Source: Halobacteriaceae archaeon (GTDB taxonomy: Archaea > Halobacteriota > Halobacteria > Halobacteriales > Halobacteriaceae). Taken from it: a stretch of 64,000 nt of DNA. The notes beneath the pieces are model-generated. The model saw only the letters and a list, made by a program, of their open reading frames with translations. It did not search any database and had not been told where the DNA came from. The position numbers and the translations under genes are program-made. This document shows positions 27,657-37,050 of this stretch, one piece after another. Within the stretch, counting starts at the first letter, position 1. Each line of letters starts with the position of its first letter. Where the stretch lies: positions 1-64,000 of the forward strand of contig JBDGTS010000020.1 of the NCBI GenBank assembly GCA_042216675.1, written 5' to 3'.

Positions 27657-29379
27657 AATGTTGGAACTGAGTACCTACGACTACGACGACGACGGCTTCC
27701 GGACGTGTGGCGTCACCGGTCTCCGCATCCACAAGTCCGCGGAGGACATGGTGAAACTGTTCGGCGTGACGGCCATCCTGTCGCTCACGGTGGGGGGTCT
27801 CTTCGCCTTCTTCGTCGCGATGACGCGCTGGGAAGTCGTCGGTCTCCTGTCGCCGGGTGAGTTCTACCGGTACCTCACGGTCCACGCGTGGTATCTGCTC
27901 ATCTTCTGGATGGTGTTCATGGAAATCGCCATCCTCTACGTCGGCGGGCCGTTCGTCCTCGGACGACGGTTGCCGCTGAAGCGCGTCTCGTGGGCCGGCT
28001 ACGGCCTGATGGTCGCGGGTGCGCTGACCATCACCTACGGTGCGTGGACGCAAGAACTGCCGAATCAGGCGCCGCTGCTCACCTCCTACGTCCCGCTGAA
28101 GTCGCCCACGTCGTTCTACCTCGGCGTGGACGCGTTCCTGCTGGGCGCGGTGGTGGCGGCGGTACCGTTCCTCGTCTCCATCTGGCAGGAGAAGCGAGAG
28201 AAGCCGAATCAGGCACTCCCGCTCATCGCGTTCGGGGCGTTCATCACCGCCATCGTGGCGCTGGAGGCCCTCGTCGGCGGCCTCATCACGTACGTCCCCA
28301 CCCTGCTCTGGCGGGCGGGCTTCCTCGAACACCTCGACGCCGCGTGGTACCGACAGATGTACTGGATCGTCGGCCACGGCACCCAGCAGATCAATCTGCT
28401 GGCGATGATCACCATCTGGTACTTCCTCACGCACGTCCTCGGCGGCGCGGAAGTGGCCAGCGAGAAAGTGTCCCGGTTCGCGTTCGTCCTCTATCTGTTC
28501 TTCATCAACATGGGTGCGGCTCACCACCTGATGTCCGACCCCGCCGTCTCGACGGGGTGGCGGCTCTGGAACACCTCCTACGCCGCCTACGGCGCGGTCA
28601 TCGCGTCGATGATTCACGCCTTCGCCATTCCGGCGGGCCTCGAAGTCGGCCGCCGCCGGAAGAACAAGGGGGGTGGCACCTTCGGGTGGCTCTGGTCCGC
28701 GCCGTGGAAGGACCCCGGCTTCTCGGCCACCATCCTCTCCATCATCCTCTTTGGCTTCCTCGGGGGCATCACCGGCGTGATGATGGGGCAGATGCAGCTG
28801 AACATGACGTGGCACAACACGCTCGCCGTGCCCGGGCACTTCCACGCCACCGTCGCCACGGGGACGACGCTCGCGTTCATGGGGCTGGCGTACTACGTCC
28901 TCAGACTCGTCTTCGGTCGCGACTGGATCGGGGGCATCCTCGCGACGGTCCAGCCGTTCCTCTACGCCGGCGCGATGGGGCTGGTCTGCCTGATGATGAT
29001 GTACCTCGGGGTGCTGTTCGGCGTCCCCCGGCGCCACCCGAGCGTCATGGACATCCCCGGCGCCGCCTTCGACTTCTCGCCGGCGAAGCCGTTCTTCGCG
29101 GTGTTCGGCATCGCCGCCATCCTCGCAATCCTCGGCGGCGCGTTGTTCGTCGCCCTCGCCGTCGGGACCCTCCTGTTCGGCGACGAGTACGACGGCTCAC
29201 TGCCCGAGGAGACGCCGGTGCCCGATGGCGGGGAGACGGAGGATTCCCAGTCGAAGGCCGCCCACGCGTTCAGCATGCGCGGCACGTTCATCCTGACGAT
29301 GGTGTTCTTCGTCACCTTCGTCGTGTTGTACGCGCTGAACTGGTATCTGCTCGCACAAGTGTGGAGCATCGGGCCGTGA
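27649..29379 (+). CDS. Heme-copper oxidoreductase subunit I, probable eNOR-type nitric oxide reductase
   Basis: Six His ligands (TVHAW, VGHGTQQ, AAHHL, GHFHA); Gln where the cross-linked Tyr should be; Glu in TM2 (WMVFME). Confidence 0.8.
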   Translation: MTEMLELSTYDYDDDGFRTCGVTGLRIHKSAEDMVKLFGVTAILSLTVGGLFAFFVAMTRWEVVGLLSPGEFYRYLTVHAWYLLIFWMVFMEIAILYVGGPFVLGRRLPLKRVSWAGYGLMVAGALTITYGAWTQELPNQAPLLTSYVPLKSPTSFYLGVDAFLLGAVVAAVPFLVSIWQEKREKPNQALPLIAFGAFITAIVALEALVGGLITYVPTLLWRAGFLEHLDAAWYRQMYWIVGHGTQQINLLAMITIWYFLTHVLGGAEVASEKVSRFAFVLYLFFINMGAAHHLMSDPAVSTGWRLWNTSYAAYGAVIASMIHAFAIPAGLEVGRRRKNKGGGTFGWLWSAPWKDPGFSATILSIILFGFLGGITGVMMGQMQLNMTWHNTLAVPGHFHATVATGTTLAFMGLAYYVLRLVFGRDWIGGILATVQPFLYAGAMGLVCLMMMYLGVLFGVPRRHPSVMDIPGAAFDFSPAKPFFAVFGIAAILAILGGALFVALAVGTLLFGDEYDGSLPEETPVPDGGETEDSQSKAAHAFSMRGTFILTMVFFVTFVVLYALNWYLLAQVWSIGP

Positions 29380-29444
29380 CCCACATGTTCGCGCCAAGGC
29401 CGACTGTGCCGGGGCGCGAACCGATGAAATAAGGTGACAGTCGA

Positions 29445-30143
29445 GTGAGCGAGGATGCCTCGCCGGGTGCGGCCCTCCGCACCGGCCTGAAGGCGAGTTG
29501 GAACGCGCTCAAGACGGTGTACTACGCCAACAGCGTCAGTTGGCGCGTCCTGAAGGCGGGGGCGCTGATATTCCTCGGCTTCTTCGTCTGGGCCGGGGCG
29601 AACATCCTCCACTCGGTCCAGCCGGGGTGGGACGTCCTCGCGTATCCGATGGCGTACGGCTTCCTGCTCATCGTCTACGGCCCGATTCACCACCTCGTCG
29701 TCATCCCGGTGGCGCTCCGGTGGCGGCGAACGGGTGACAGTCGGCAGGCAGTCGGCAAGCGCCTCCCGAACGCGGGGCTGGCACTGTTCTTCGTCGCCGT
29801 CCTCGTCCTCGGGACGTTCCCCGCGGGGCCGATGACCATCGACTTCGCGTCGGCGCTCGACGAGTCCGGCGTCGACGTGGCGCCGGAGATGCACTGCGTG
29901 AAGTCGGCGAACGGCACCATTCACTGCCACCTCACGGAGTCACAGGGGGTGGCCCGCGTCGAGGTGGTGAGCGGCGAGGCGCAACTCGCGGTGGACGAGG
30001 ACCCGCCCTACGAGTTCGAGTTCTCGGAGTCGCAAGTCAACACGGTGCTCGGCGAACGGAAGTTCACGGTGCGCTTGCTCGACGAGAACGGCGGGCTAGT
30101 GCGGCGCTACACCCGCCGCACGGCGATGATTTCGGAGGGGTGA
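29445..30143 (+). CDS. Membrane protein (about 3 TM plus C-terminal beta domain) downstream of the heme-copper operon
   Basis: Hydrophobic N-terminal half; HCVK...IHCH; acidic beta-rich C-terminus. Confidence 0.65.
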   Translation: MSEDASPGAALRTGLKASWNALKTVYYANSVSWRVLKAGALIFLGFFVWAGANILHSVQPGWDVLAYPMAYGFLLIVYGPIHHLVVIPVALRWRRTGDSRQAVGKRLPNAGLALFFVAVLVLGTFPAGPMTIDFASALDESGVDVAPEMHCVKSANGTIHCHLTESQGVARVEVVSGEAQLAVDEDPPYEFEFSESQVNTVLGERKFTVRLLDENGGLVRRYTRRTAMISEG

Positions 30144-31019
30144 TCAGCGCAGCCCGACGTGCTCGCGGAACGCGCGGTCCGTCAGCCACTCGCGGTCCGC
30201 ATCGGAGAGGAAGTCGACGTGGTCGAGCCACGTCAGCGACTCGTGGTACGGCGTCGTGTCGCTGACGTTCGGGAAGTCCGAGCCCCAGATGACGCGCTCC
30301 CGGCCGAACTCGTCGAGGAGCCACCGGAGGTGGTCGTGCAGGTCCCGGTACGGGAACGCCTCCTCCGAGTGGTGGGGTGCCTCGGAGATTTTGACCGCGA
30401 CGTTCTCGTTGTCGGCGAGTGCAGCGAATTTGGCGAAGTCGCCCTCCGCGGGGTCAAGCGACGGGTCGGCGTGGCCCCAGTGGTCGAACAGGTAGGTGAG
30501 GTCGGGGTAGCGCTCCACCATCTCGATCGCTTGGTCGAGTTGTTCGGCGTGGATGAGCGTCTGCACGACGGCGTCCGTCTCGTGGGCGGCGTCCCAGAAG
30601 GCCGTCTCGTCGAGGGCGTCGAGGAGCCAGTCGACGGAGGGGTCGAACGTCTCCCACATCCGGTCCATCGGACAGATGGCGCCGAGTCGGAATCCCAACA
30701 CGTCATCGGTTTCCATCGCCGCGCGGAGCTGGTCGGCGGCGTCGTCGGCGAACGCGTCGAGCATCACGATGGAATAGAGGCGGTCGTACTCCGCGGCGCA
30801 CTCGATGGTGTAGAAGTTGTCCGTCCAGTCGTTGATGGGGTAGCCGACGACGACCGCCTCGTCGACGCCGGTCCGGTCCATGTCGTCCAGCAGGGCCTCG
30901 GCGTCGTACACCGTCTCCACGTCGAAGCTGTCGACGGCGTTGCGCACGAGCGGTCCGTTCGTCCACGGATGCTCGGCCGAAGGCTCCGTCCACGCGTGGG
31001 TGTGAGGGTCGAGTACCAT
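30144..31019 (-). CDS. Amidohydrolase_2 family protein (sugar lactonase/lactone isomerase-like)
   Basis: DPHTHAW, LGFR, FDHWG, VAVKIS, IWGSDFP. Confidence 0.85.
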   Translation of the reverse strand: MVLDPHTHAWTEPSAEHPWTNGPLVRNAVDSFDVETVYDAEALLDDMDRTGVDEAVVVGYPINDWTDNFYTIECAAEYDRLYSIVMLDAFADDAADQLRAAMETDDVLGFRLGAICPMDRMWETFDPSVDWLLDALDETAFWDAAHETDAVVQTLIHAEQLDQAIEMVERYPDLTYLFDHWGHADPSLDPAEGDFAKFAALADNENVAVKISEAPHHSEEAFPYRDLHDHLRWLLDEFGRERVIWGSDFPNVSDTTPYHESLTWLDHVDFLSDADREWLTDRAFREHVGLR

Positions 31020-31042
31020 GTTCGGGCGCTCTCGTGCCGTCA

Positions 31043-31846
31043 CTAAAAGCGTTGCCGGGACGGGTCCTCGTCGGGGACGCCGTCCCAGAACGCGAAGGGG
31101 TCGGCGAGGCCGTCGCGGTCCCACGCGCCGGGCGCGAGGTGGAAGCGCGAGAAGCCGGCCATCCGGAGGCTCGCGGGCGCGAGGTGCATCCCCGCGGAGT
31201 GGACCAGCGCCCCGTGCCACAGCGTCACCGTGCCCGCCCCGCCCGCGATCTCGAACGGCTCGAAGTCGGCGAACAGGTCGTCGAGGTCGTCGTAGGGCGA
31301 GTCGTCGCGGACGCGGGCGACTTCGAGCGTGTCGCCGCGCGTCTCCGTCTCCGCGAGTTCGCAGTGCTCGGCCACGGTGCGGTGGCTCCCCGGCCACACA
31401 GTGAAGCCGGCGTCACGCGGTTGCACGTCGTCGAAGTAGATGGCCGCGCCGACGGCGTAGAGGGCGCCGTCGGCGTTCGTCTGGTGGTCGACGTGGACGC
31501 CGAGGTCTCCGCGGGCCGCGCGCTGGGCCGCCGGGTCGGTGATAGAGGGCAGGCCGTCGTCGGGGAAGTGGAGGCCGACGCGCGTCTCCTCGTCGTCCAC
31601 GGTGCCGAAGTCGGGGTGCCCCGGCGGGAGGACGTCGTCGCCGACGAGAGCGGTAGCGTAGTCGTACAGCGTCTCGTTGATGGCCCGGAACGGCTGCAGT
31701 TCGGGTTCGTTCTGGTTCCCCTCGGACATCGAGTCGTCGGCCTCGATGGCGCGGCGGGCCTCGGCCACTCGGTCAGGGTCGAGTGCGTCCCGAAGGACGA
31801 GGAAGCCGTTGCGGGCGAACGACCGGCGCTGGCGGTCGGTGAGCAT
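31043..31846 (-). CDS. Phytanoyl-CoA dioxygenase (PhyH)-like Fe(II)/2OG oxygenase
   Basis: FARNGFLVLR, HVD, VWPGSH, AGTVTLWHGALVH. Confidence 0.8.
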   Translation of the reverse strand: MLTDRQRRSFARNGFLVLRDALDPDRVAEARRAIEADDSMSEGNQNEPELQPFRAINETLYDYATALVGDDVLPPGHPDFGTVDDEETRVGLHFPDDGLPSITDPAAQRAARGDLGVHVDHQTNADGALYAVGAAIYFDDVQPRDAGFTVWPGSHRTVAEHCELAETETRGDTLEVARVRDDSPYDDLDDLFADFEPFEIAGGAGTVTLWHGALVHSAGMHLAPASLRMAGFSRFHLAPGAWDRDGLADPFAFWDGVPDEDPSRQRF

Positions 31847-31898
31847 CGTCGGGTGGACCACGCCTGCCCGCAAAAAAGTTCGCGCGCCGGCAGAGCGC

Positions 31899-32327
31899 TC
31901 AGTTCCGCGAGCGCCAGACGCCCTGCGCGTACGCCCCGAGGAACATCCCGGCGATGCCCCACAGAATCGGGTAGTTGCCGATGCCGAGGCTGGCGTACGC
32001 CGCGCCGGGACAGATGCCCGAGAGCCCCCATCCGACGCCGAACGTCACGCCGCCGACGACGACGTTCGCGTCGAGGTCCTTCACGCGCCGGCGGTACGGC
32101 CGGCCGGTCAGCGGGGCCGTGCGGTCCCAGCGCGTGGCGACGGCGAACGCGACGCCGGCGACGAGGGCCGCGCCGCCCATCACGAACGCGAGGCCGAGGT
32201 CGTCGAACTGGAGGAAGTTCAGAACGACTTCGGGGTGCGTCATCCGCGAGACGGCGAGGCCGAAGCCGAAGACGAGGCCGCCGAGCAGAATCACCGGCAT
32301 GAACAGCGGGTGGCGGTCGTCGGCCAT
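31899..32327 (-). CDS. YeeE/YedE family sulfur-compound transporter subunit
   Basis: FGFGLAVSRM..PEVVLNFL, FGVGWGLSGICPG. Confidence 0.85.
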   Translation of the reverse strand: MADDRHPLFMPVILLGGLVFGFGLAVSRMTHPEVVLNFLQFDDLGLAFVMGGAALVAGVAFAVATRWDRTAPLTGRPYRRRVKDLDANVVVGGVTFGVGWGLSGICPGAAYASLGIGNYPILWGIAGMFLGAYAQGVWRSRN

Positions 32328-32797
32328 CAGGGCACCACCCCCAGCGCTCCGACGACGTGCGCCGTCCCGATGGCCACCGCGAGGAACGTGGCGACGTTCA
32401 CCAGCGACGCGTCCGCGAGCGACCCGACGCCACAGATGCCGTGCCCGGAGGTACAGCCCTTCCCGACGCGCGTGCCGACGCCGACGAGGACCCCGCCGCC
32501 GAACAGGCGCCACGGCTGGACGTCGGTGACCCAGAGGCCGTCCTGAAACAGGACGGCGTAGACGGCGGCGCCGCCGACGATGCCGAGCGTGAAGACGACG
32601 CGCCAGTCGCGGGACTCGCGGTAGGGCAGGCGGTTGAAGCGCGCGGCGTCGGAGACGTAGGACAGCGTGGATTCGAGGAACGTGCTGGCGCCTGCGGCGA
32701 TGCCGGTCCCGAGGTAGATGACGACGGTGCCGAGACCGATGAGCAGGCCGCCGACGGCGTAGGAGAGCACGCCGTGTGGGAACAGGTCGGCTATCAT
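32327..32797 (-). CDS. YeeE/YedE family sulfur-compound transporter subunit
   Basis: GGLLIGLG, GIAAGAS, GVGTRVGKGCTSGHGICG. Confidence 0.85.
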   Translation of the reverse strand: MIADLFPHGVLSYAVGGLLIGLGTVVIYLGTGIAAGASTFLESTLSYVSDAARFNRLPYRESRDWRVVFTLGIVGGAAVYAVLFQDGLWVTDVQPWRLFGGGVLVGVGTRVGKGCTSGHGICGVGSLADASLVNVATFLAVAIGTAHVVGALGVVP

Positions 32798-32902
32798 CAG
32801 TGTATTCAGGGGCCACAGCGCCAAAAATCGTGGCCTCCCGGCGGCGCGGACCCGTATTCGGGACGGGAACGCCTATTATGCACCGGGTCCGCGTCTCCGG
32901 CG

Positions 32903-33955
32903 ATGCAGCACGATGGACTACAGTTCCACAACGTCGCCGAGATGCGTACCGTCCCCGACAGGGACGGCGAACTCCTCCAACGCGTCCCCGAGGACGTGCG
33001 CGAGGGCCTCAACGAGGGCGCACGGGACCGGATGTGTCACCCCTCCGGCGTCGAGATTCGCTTCGTCCCCGAGGGCACCGTCGAGGTGACGCTCTCGACG
33101 CGCCCGCAACGCGGCGTGACCCACGGCACCGTCGAGGTGTTCTGGGGACCGTTTCAGGGCCGGCGCGGCCTCGACGACATGGAGACGTTCGAGGTGGGAC
33201 CTGAGCCGACGACCATCGAAGTCGAGTTCCCGGACCGCCTCGGCGACATCCGCGACGAACACGTCGCGGACTTGCCCTTCGACCCGCGCGTCTGTCGCCT
33301 CCGGCTACCGGGCGAACACCGCGGCGGGCACGTGTTCTACCACGGCGCGGACGGCGACTACCGAACGCCCGGGGCCGACGAACTCCCCGACCGGCGCTAT
33401 CTCGCCTACGGCACGTCCATCACCGAGGGCGAGTCCCCGTCGGCCGAACACCTGAACTACGCCACCCAGACGGCGACGCGGCTGGACGCGGACCTGTTCA
33501 ATCTCGGCTCCTGTGGCACCGCCTACGCCGACGCGGCGATGGCCGACCACATCGCCGAACGGGACGACTGGGACGTGGCGACGCTGGCACTCTCGGTGAA
33601 CATGGTCGGCACGTTCTCGGTCGCGGAGTTTCGAGAGCGCGCCGAGTACATGGTGAACACCGTCGCCGGCGAGAACCCCGAGAAGCCAGTCGCGGCCGTC
33701 ACCATCTACACCAACGCCCGCGACGTGTGCGAGGGCGTCGACGAGGACGACGAGTGCGAGGCGTTCCGGGCGGCCCTCCGCGACGTGGTGGCGGAGTCGC
33801 CCCACGACAACCTCCACCTCGTGGAGGGGCGAGAAGTGCTGGACACCCTCGTCGGGCTGACGCCGGACCTCGTGCATCCCGGCGACGACGCGATGATTCG
33901 GATGGGCGAGAACCTCGCGGGCGAACTCGACGCCCTGCTGGAGGGCGAGCGATGA
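32903..33955 (+). CDS. SGNH/GDSL hydrolase, paralogue 1
   Basis: AYGTSIT (Ser), NLG, SVN, DLVHP. Confidence 0.85.
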   Translation: MQHDGLQFHNVAEMRTVPDRDGELLQRVPEDVREGLNEGARDRMCHPSGVEIRFVPEGTVEVTLSTRPQRGVTHGTVEVFWGPFQGRRGLDDMETFEVGPEPTTIEVEFPDRLGDIRDEHVADLPFDPRVCRLRLPGEHRGGHVFYHGADGDYRTPGADELPDRRYLAYGTSITEGESPSAEHLNYATQTATRLDADLFNLGSCGTAYADAAMADHIAERDDWDVATLALSVNMVGTFSVAEFRERAEYMVNTVAGENPEKPVAAVTIYTNARDVCEGVDEDDECEAFRAALRDVVAESPHDNLHLVEGREVLDTLVGLTPDLVHPGDDAMIRMGENLAGELDALLEGER

Positions 33956-34971
33956 TTCACGACGGCCTCTCCTTTCACAACGTCACGGACCTCCGGGCCG
34001 TCGAGGACCGCGCGGGCCTCGTGATTCAACGGGTGCCCGAACGGACCCGCGTCGAACTCAACGAGGGCGCGCAGGACAACTACCGGCGGCCCGCCGGCTC
34101 CGAGATTCGCTTCGTCCCCGAGGGCACCGTCGAGGTGACGCTCTCGGCGCCCGAACACGCCACCGAGGTGCGCCCCTTCTGGGGGCCGTTTCAGGCCCGC
34201 GAGCAGTTCGAAATCGGGGAGGAGCCGACGACCATCGAACTGGAGTTTCCGGAGCGACTGGCCGACGTGCGCGAGGACGTGGCCGACGACTACGCCCATC
34301 ACCCCCGCGTCTGTCGCCTCGTCCTGCCCCACCGCTCGAAGCCGGTGTTCTACCACGGCGTCGCGGGTGACACCCGCCCGCCCCGCGAGGCGGAACTGCC
34401 CGACCAGACGCTGTTGGCCTACGGCACGTCCATCACGCGGGGCATCGCGGCGACGGCGCCGCACCTCACCTACGTCGCGCAGACGGCGCGTCGCCTCGGG
34501 ACCGACGCGCTGAACCTCGGGACCGCCGGCTCGGCGTTCTGCGAACCCGAAATCGCGGACCACATGGCCGCCCGCGACGACTGGGACGCGGCGACGCTGG
34601 CACTCTCGGTGAACATGGTCGCCGGCTTCGACGTGCCCGAGTTCCGCGAGCGAGTGCGGTACGTCGTGGAGACGGTGGCCGGCGAGAACCCCGAGCGACC
34701 GGTGGTCGCCATCACCCTGTTCCCGTACTTTCCGGACCTCTGTACGGGCGACCACGAGGACCACGCGAACTACGGCGCCTACCGCGATGCGCTTCGGGAG
34801 GCCGTCGCCGAGGCTGACTGCGACAATCTCCACCTCGTCGAAGGCCCGGACCTGATGCCCGGCGGCCGGGGGCTGACGACCGACCTCGTCCATCCCGGCG
34901 ACGACGCGATGATAGACGTGGGCGTGGCGCTCGCGGACGAACTCGCCCCCCTGCTGGAGGGCGGGCGATGA
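33952..34971 (+). CDS. SGNH/GDSL hydrolase, paralogue 2
   Basis: AYGTSIT, NLGTAG, SVN, DLVHP; ATGA overlap. Confidence 0.85.
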   Translation: MIHDGLSFHNVTDLRAVEDRAGLVIQRVPERTRVELNEGAQDNYRRPAGSEIRFVPEGTVEVTLSAPEHATEVRPFWGPFQAREQFEIGEEPTTIELEFPERLADVREDVADDYAHHPRVCRLVLPHRSKPVFYHGVAGDTRPPREAELPDQTLLAYGTSITRGIAATAPHLTYVAQTARRLGTDALNLGTAGSAFCEPEIADHMAARDDWDAATLALSVNMVAGFDVPEFRERVRYVVETVAGENPERPVVAITLFPYFPDLCTGDHEDHANYGAYRDALREAVAEADCDNLHLVEGPDLMPGGRGLTTDLVHPGDDAMIDVGVALADELAPLLEGGR

Positions 34972-35984
34972 ACGTCGACGGCGCCGAGGTTCACAACGCC
35001 CGCGGCGCGACGCGGACGCCGACGGGCCTGCAGTTGGACCGCCTGCCCGAGACCGTGCGGACGCCCCTGAACGACAAGGCCGAGGACAACTACCAGCGGC
35101 CCACCGGCGTCGAAATCCGCTTCGTCGCGGACGGCCCCGTCGAAATCACGCTCTCCTGTCTCGACGGCGAGAGCACGGTGGCGCCGTACTGGGGCCCCTT
35201 CGAGTGTGACTTCGCGGCCGAAATCACGGTCGGCGAGGAGCCAGAGACCATCGAGATGGAGTTCCCCGAGCACCTCGCCGACGTGGGCGACGACGCTCTG
35301 CCGGAGGGGTACTTCGCGCCACGCGTGGGTCGTCTCGTCCTCCGCGGGCGCCCGACGGTCCTACACGGCGTCGAGGGCGACACCCGCCCGCCGCGTGACG
35401 CCGAACTGCCCGACCGGACGCTGCTCGCCTACGGCACCTCCATCACGCAGGGCGGCATCGCCAGCCGATTCCCGCTGGCCTACGCGAGTCGCGCGGCGCG
35501 GGGGGTGCGTGCCGAACACGTCAACCTCGGCACCGGCGGCTCCGCGTTCTGCGAACCCGAAATCGCCGACCACATCGCGGCGCGCGACGACTGGGACGCC
35601 GCCGTCCTCTCCGTCTCGGTGAACATGATTGCGGTGGGCTTCACCGCCGAGGAGTTTCGGGAGCGGGCGGCCTACCTCGTGGACACGGTGGCCGCCGAGA
35701 ACCCCGAGAAGCCGGTGGTCGCCATCACGCTGTTCCCGCAGTTGAGCGACGTGTGCCCGGACCGAGAGCGCGGCGACGACTGGACAGCCACGGCCGACGA
35801 GTATCGCGAAGTGCTTCGCGACGTCGTCGAGGAGGCTGGCCACGACAACCTCCATCTGCTGGAGGGGCCGGACCTGCTCACGGACCCCACGGGGCTCTCG
35901 ACGGACCTGCTCCACCCCGCCGACCCCGGAATGATCGAAATCGGCGCGAACCTCGGGCGCGAACTCGACGGCGTGATGCGATGA
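34968..35984 (+). CDS. SGNH/GDSL hydrolase, paralogue 3
   Basis: AYGTSITQG, NLGTGG, SVN, DLLHP; ATGA overlap. Confidence 0.85.
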   Translation: MNVDGAEVHNARGATRTPTGLQLDRLPETVRTPLNDKAEDNYQRPTGVEIRFVADGPVEITLSCLDGESTVAPYWGPFECDFAAEITVGEEPETIEMEFPEHLADVGDDALPEGYFAPRVGRLVLRGRPTVLHGVEGDTRPPRDAELPDRTLLAYGTSITQGGIASRFPLAYASRAARGVRAEHVNLGTGGSAFCEPEIADHIAARDDWDAAVLSVSVNMIAVGFTAEEFRERAAYLVDTVAAENPEKPVVAITLFPQLSDVCPDRERGDDWTATADEYREVLRDVVEEAGHDNLHLLEGPDLLTDPTGLSTDLLHPADPGMIEIGANLGRELDGVMR

Positions 35985-36976
35985 TTCGCCACGGCGTCGA
36001 ACTCCACAACGTCGCGGAGACGACGGCCGTCGGCGACGGCGAGCGACTGGAGCGAGTGCCCGCCGACGTGCGCGCCGACCTGAACGAGGGCGCACGGGAC
36101 AACTACGTCCGGCCGGACGGCGTCGAGATTCGCTTCGTCGCCGATGGCCCCGTGGAAGTCACGCTCTCCTGCCCGGCGGGCGAGTGCGAGGTGACGCCGT
36201 TCTGGGGCGCGTTCCGCGAGCGAACGACGGAGTACGTCACCGTGGGGGCGGAGCCGACGACCATCGAAATGGAATTCCCGAACCGGCTCGCCGGCCTCGA
36301 CCCCGACGCCGTCGACGGGTCGTACCACGACCCCGCGGTCGGTCGGCTGGTGCTGTTCGGCGACCCGACGCTCCTGCACGGCGTCGAGGGCGACACGCGC
36401 CCGCCGCGCGACGAGGAACTGCCCGACCGGACGCTGTTGGCCTACGGCACGTCCATCACGCAGGGCGCGTTCGCCAGCCGTCAGCACCTCGCGTTCCCGA
36501 GTCGGACCGCCCAACACCTCGACGCCGACCTCCGCAATCTGGGGACCGGCGGTTCCGCGTTCTGCGAACCGGAAATCGCGGACCACGTCGCCGCCCGCGA
36601 CGACTGGGACGCGGCGGCAATCGAGGTGTCGGTGAACATGCTCACCCGGGACTTCACCGCGGCGGAGTTTCGGGAGCGCGCGACGTATCTCCTCGACGCC
36701 GTGGCCGGCGAGAACCCCGGCAAGCCGGTGGCGGCGCTCACCCTGTTCCCGATGTACGCCGACCTGACCGGCGAACAGCAGGACTGGCCGGCGACGCCCG
36801 GCGACTACCGCGCGGCCCTCCGGGACGCCGCCGACGCGGCCGGCCACGACAACCTCCGGGTCGTGGAGGGGACGACCCTGCTCGACGACCCCCGAGGGCT
36901 GACATCGGACCTCCTCCACCCGAACGACCGGGGGATGGCCCACATCGCCGACGGCCTCGCCGACGCGCTCGATTAA
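35981..36976 (+). CDS. SGNH/GDSL hydrolase, paralogue 4
   Basis: AYGTSITQG, NLGTGG, SVN, DLLHPND; ATGA overlap. Confidence 0.85.
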   Translation: MIRHGVELHNVAETTAVGDGERLERVPADVRADLNEGARDNYVRPDGVEIRFVADGPVEVTLSCPAGECEVTPFWGAFRERTTEYVTVGAEPTTIEMEFPNRLAGLDPDAVDGSYHDPAVGRLVLFGDPTLLHGVEGDTRPPRDEELPDRTLLAYGTSITQGAFASRQHLAFPSRTAQHLDADLRNLGTGGSAFCEPEIADHVAARDDWDAAAIEVSVNMLTRDFTAAEFRERATYLLDAVAGENPGKPVAALTLFPMYADLTGEQQDWPATPGDYRAALRDAADAAGHDNLRVVEGTTLLDDPRGLTSDLLHPNDRGMAHIADGLADALD

Positions 36977-37050
36977 TACGCCCTTATATTCGACTAAGGG
37001 AGTCGAACGGGACGCGCGCCCGCTTCGGACGACCGATTCTTCCGATTTGT

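Noticed and set aside
27649-29379. Ordinary ba3/cbb3 cytochrome oxidase annotation
   Set aside because: The HPxVY tyrosine is absent, and the partner subunit is CuA-type with no CxxCH cytochrome c motif.
26085-30143. Integrated provirus or island at tRNA-Ser
   Set aside because: No integrase or viral genes. The NOR operon lies at the 5' side of the tRNA, and I saw no distant att copy in the window.
33052-34146. 46-nt direct repeat as a mobile-element end
   Set aside because: Both copies are in frame at equivalent positions of paralogous SGNH genes.
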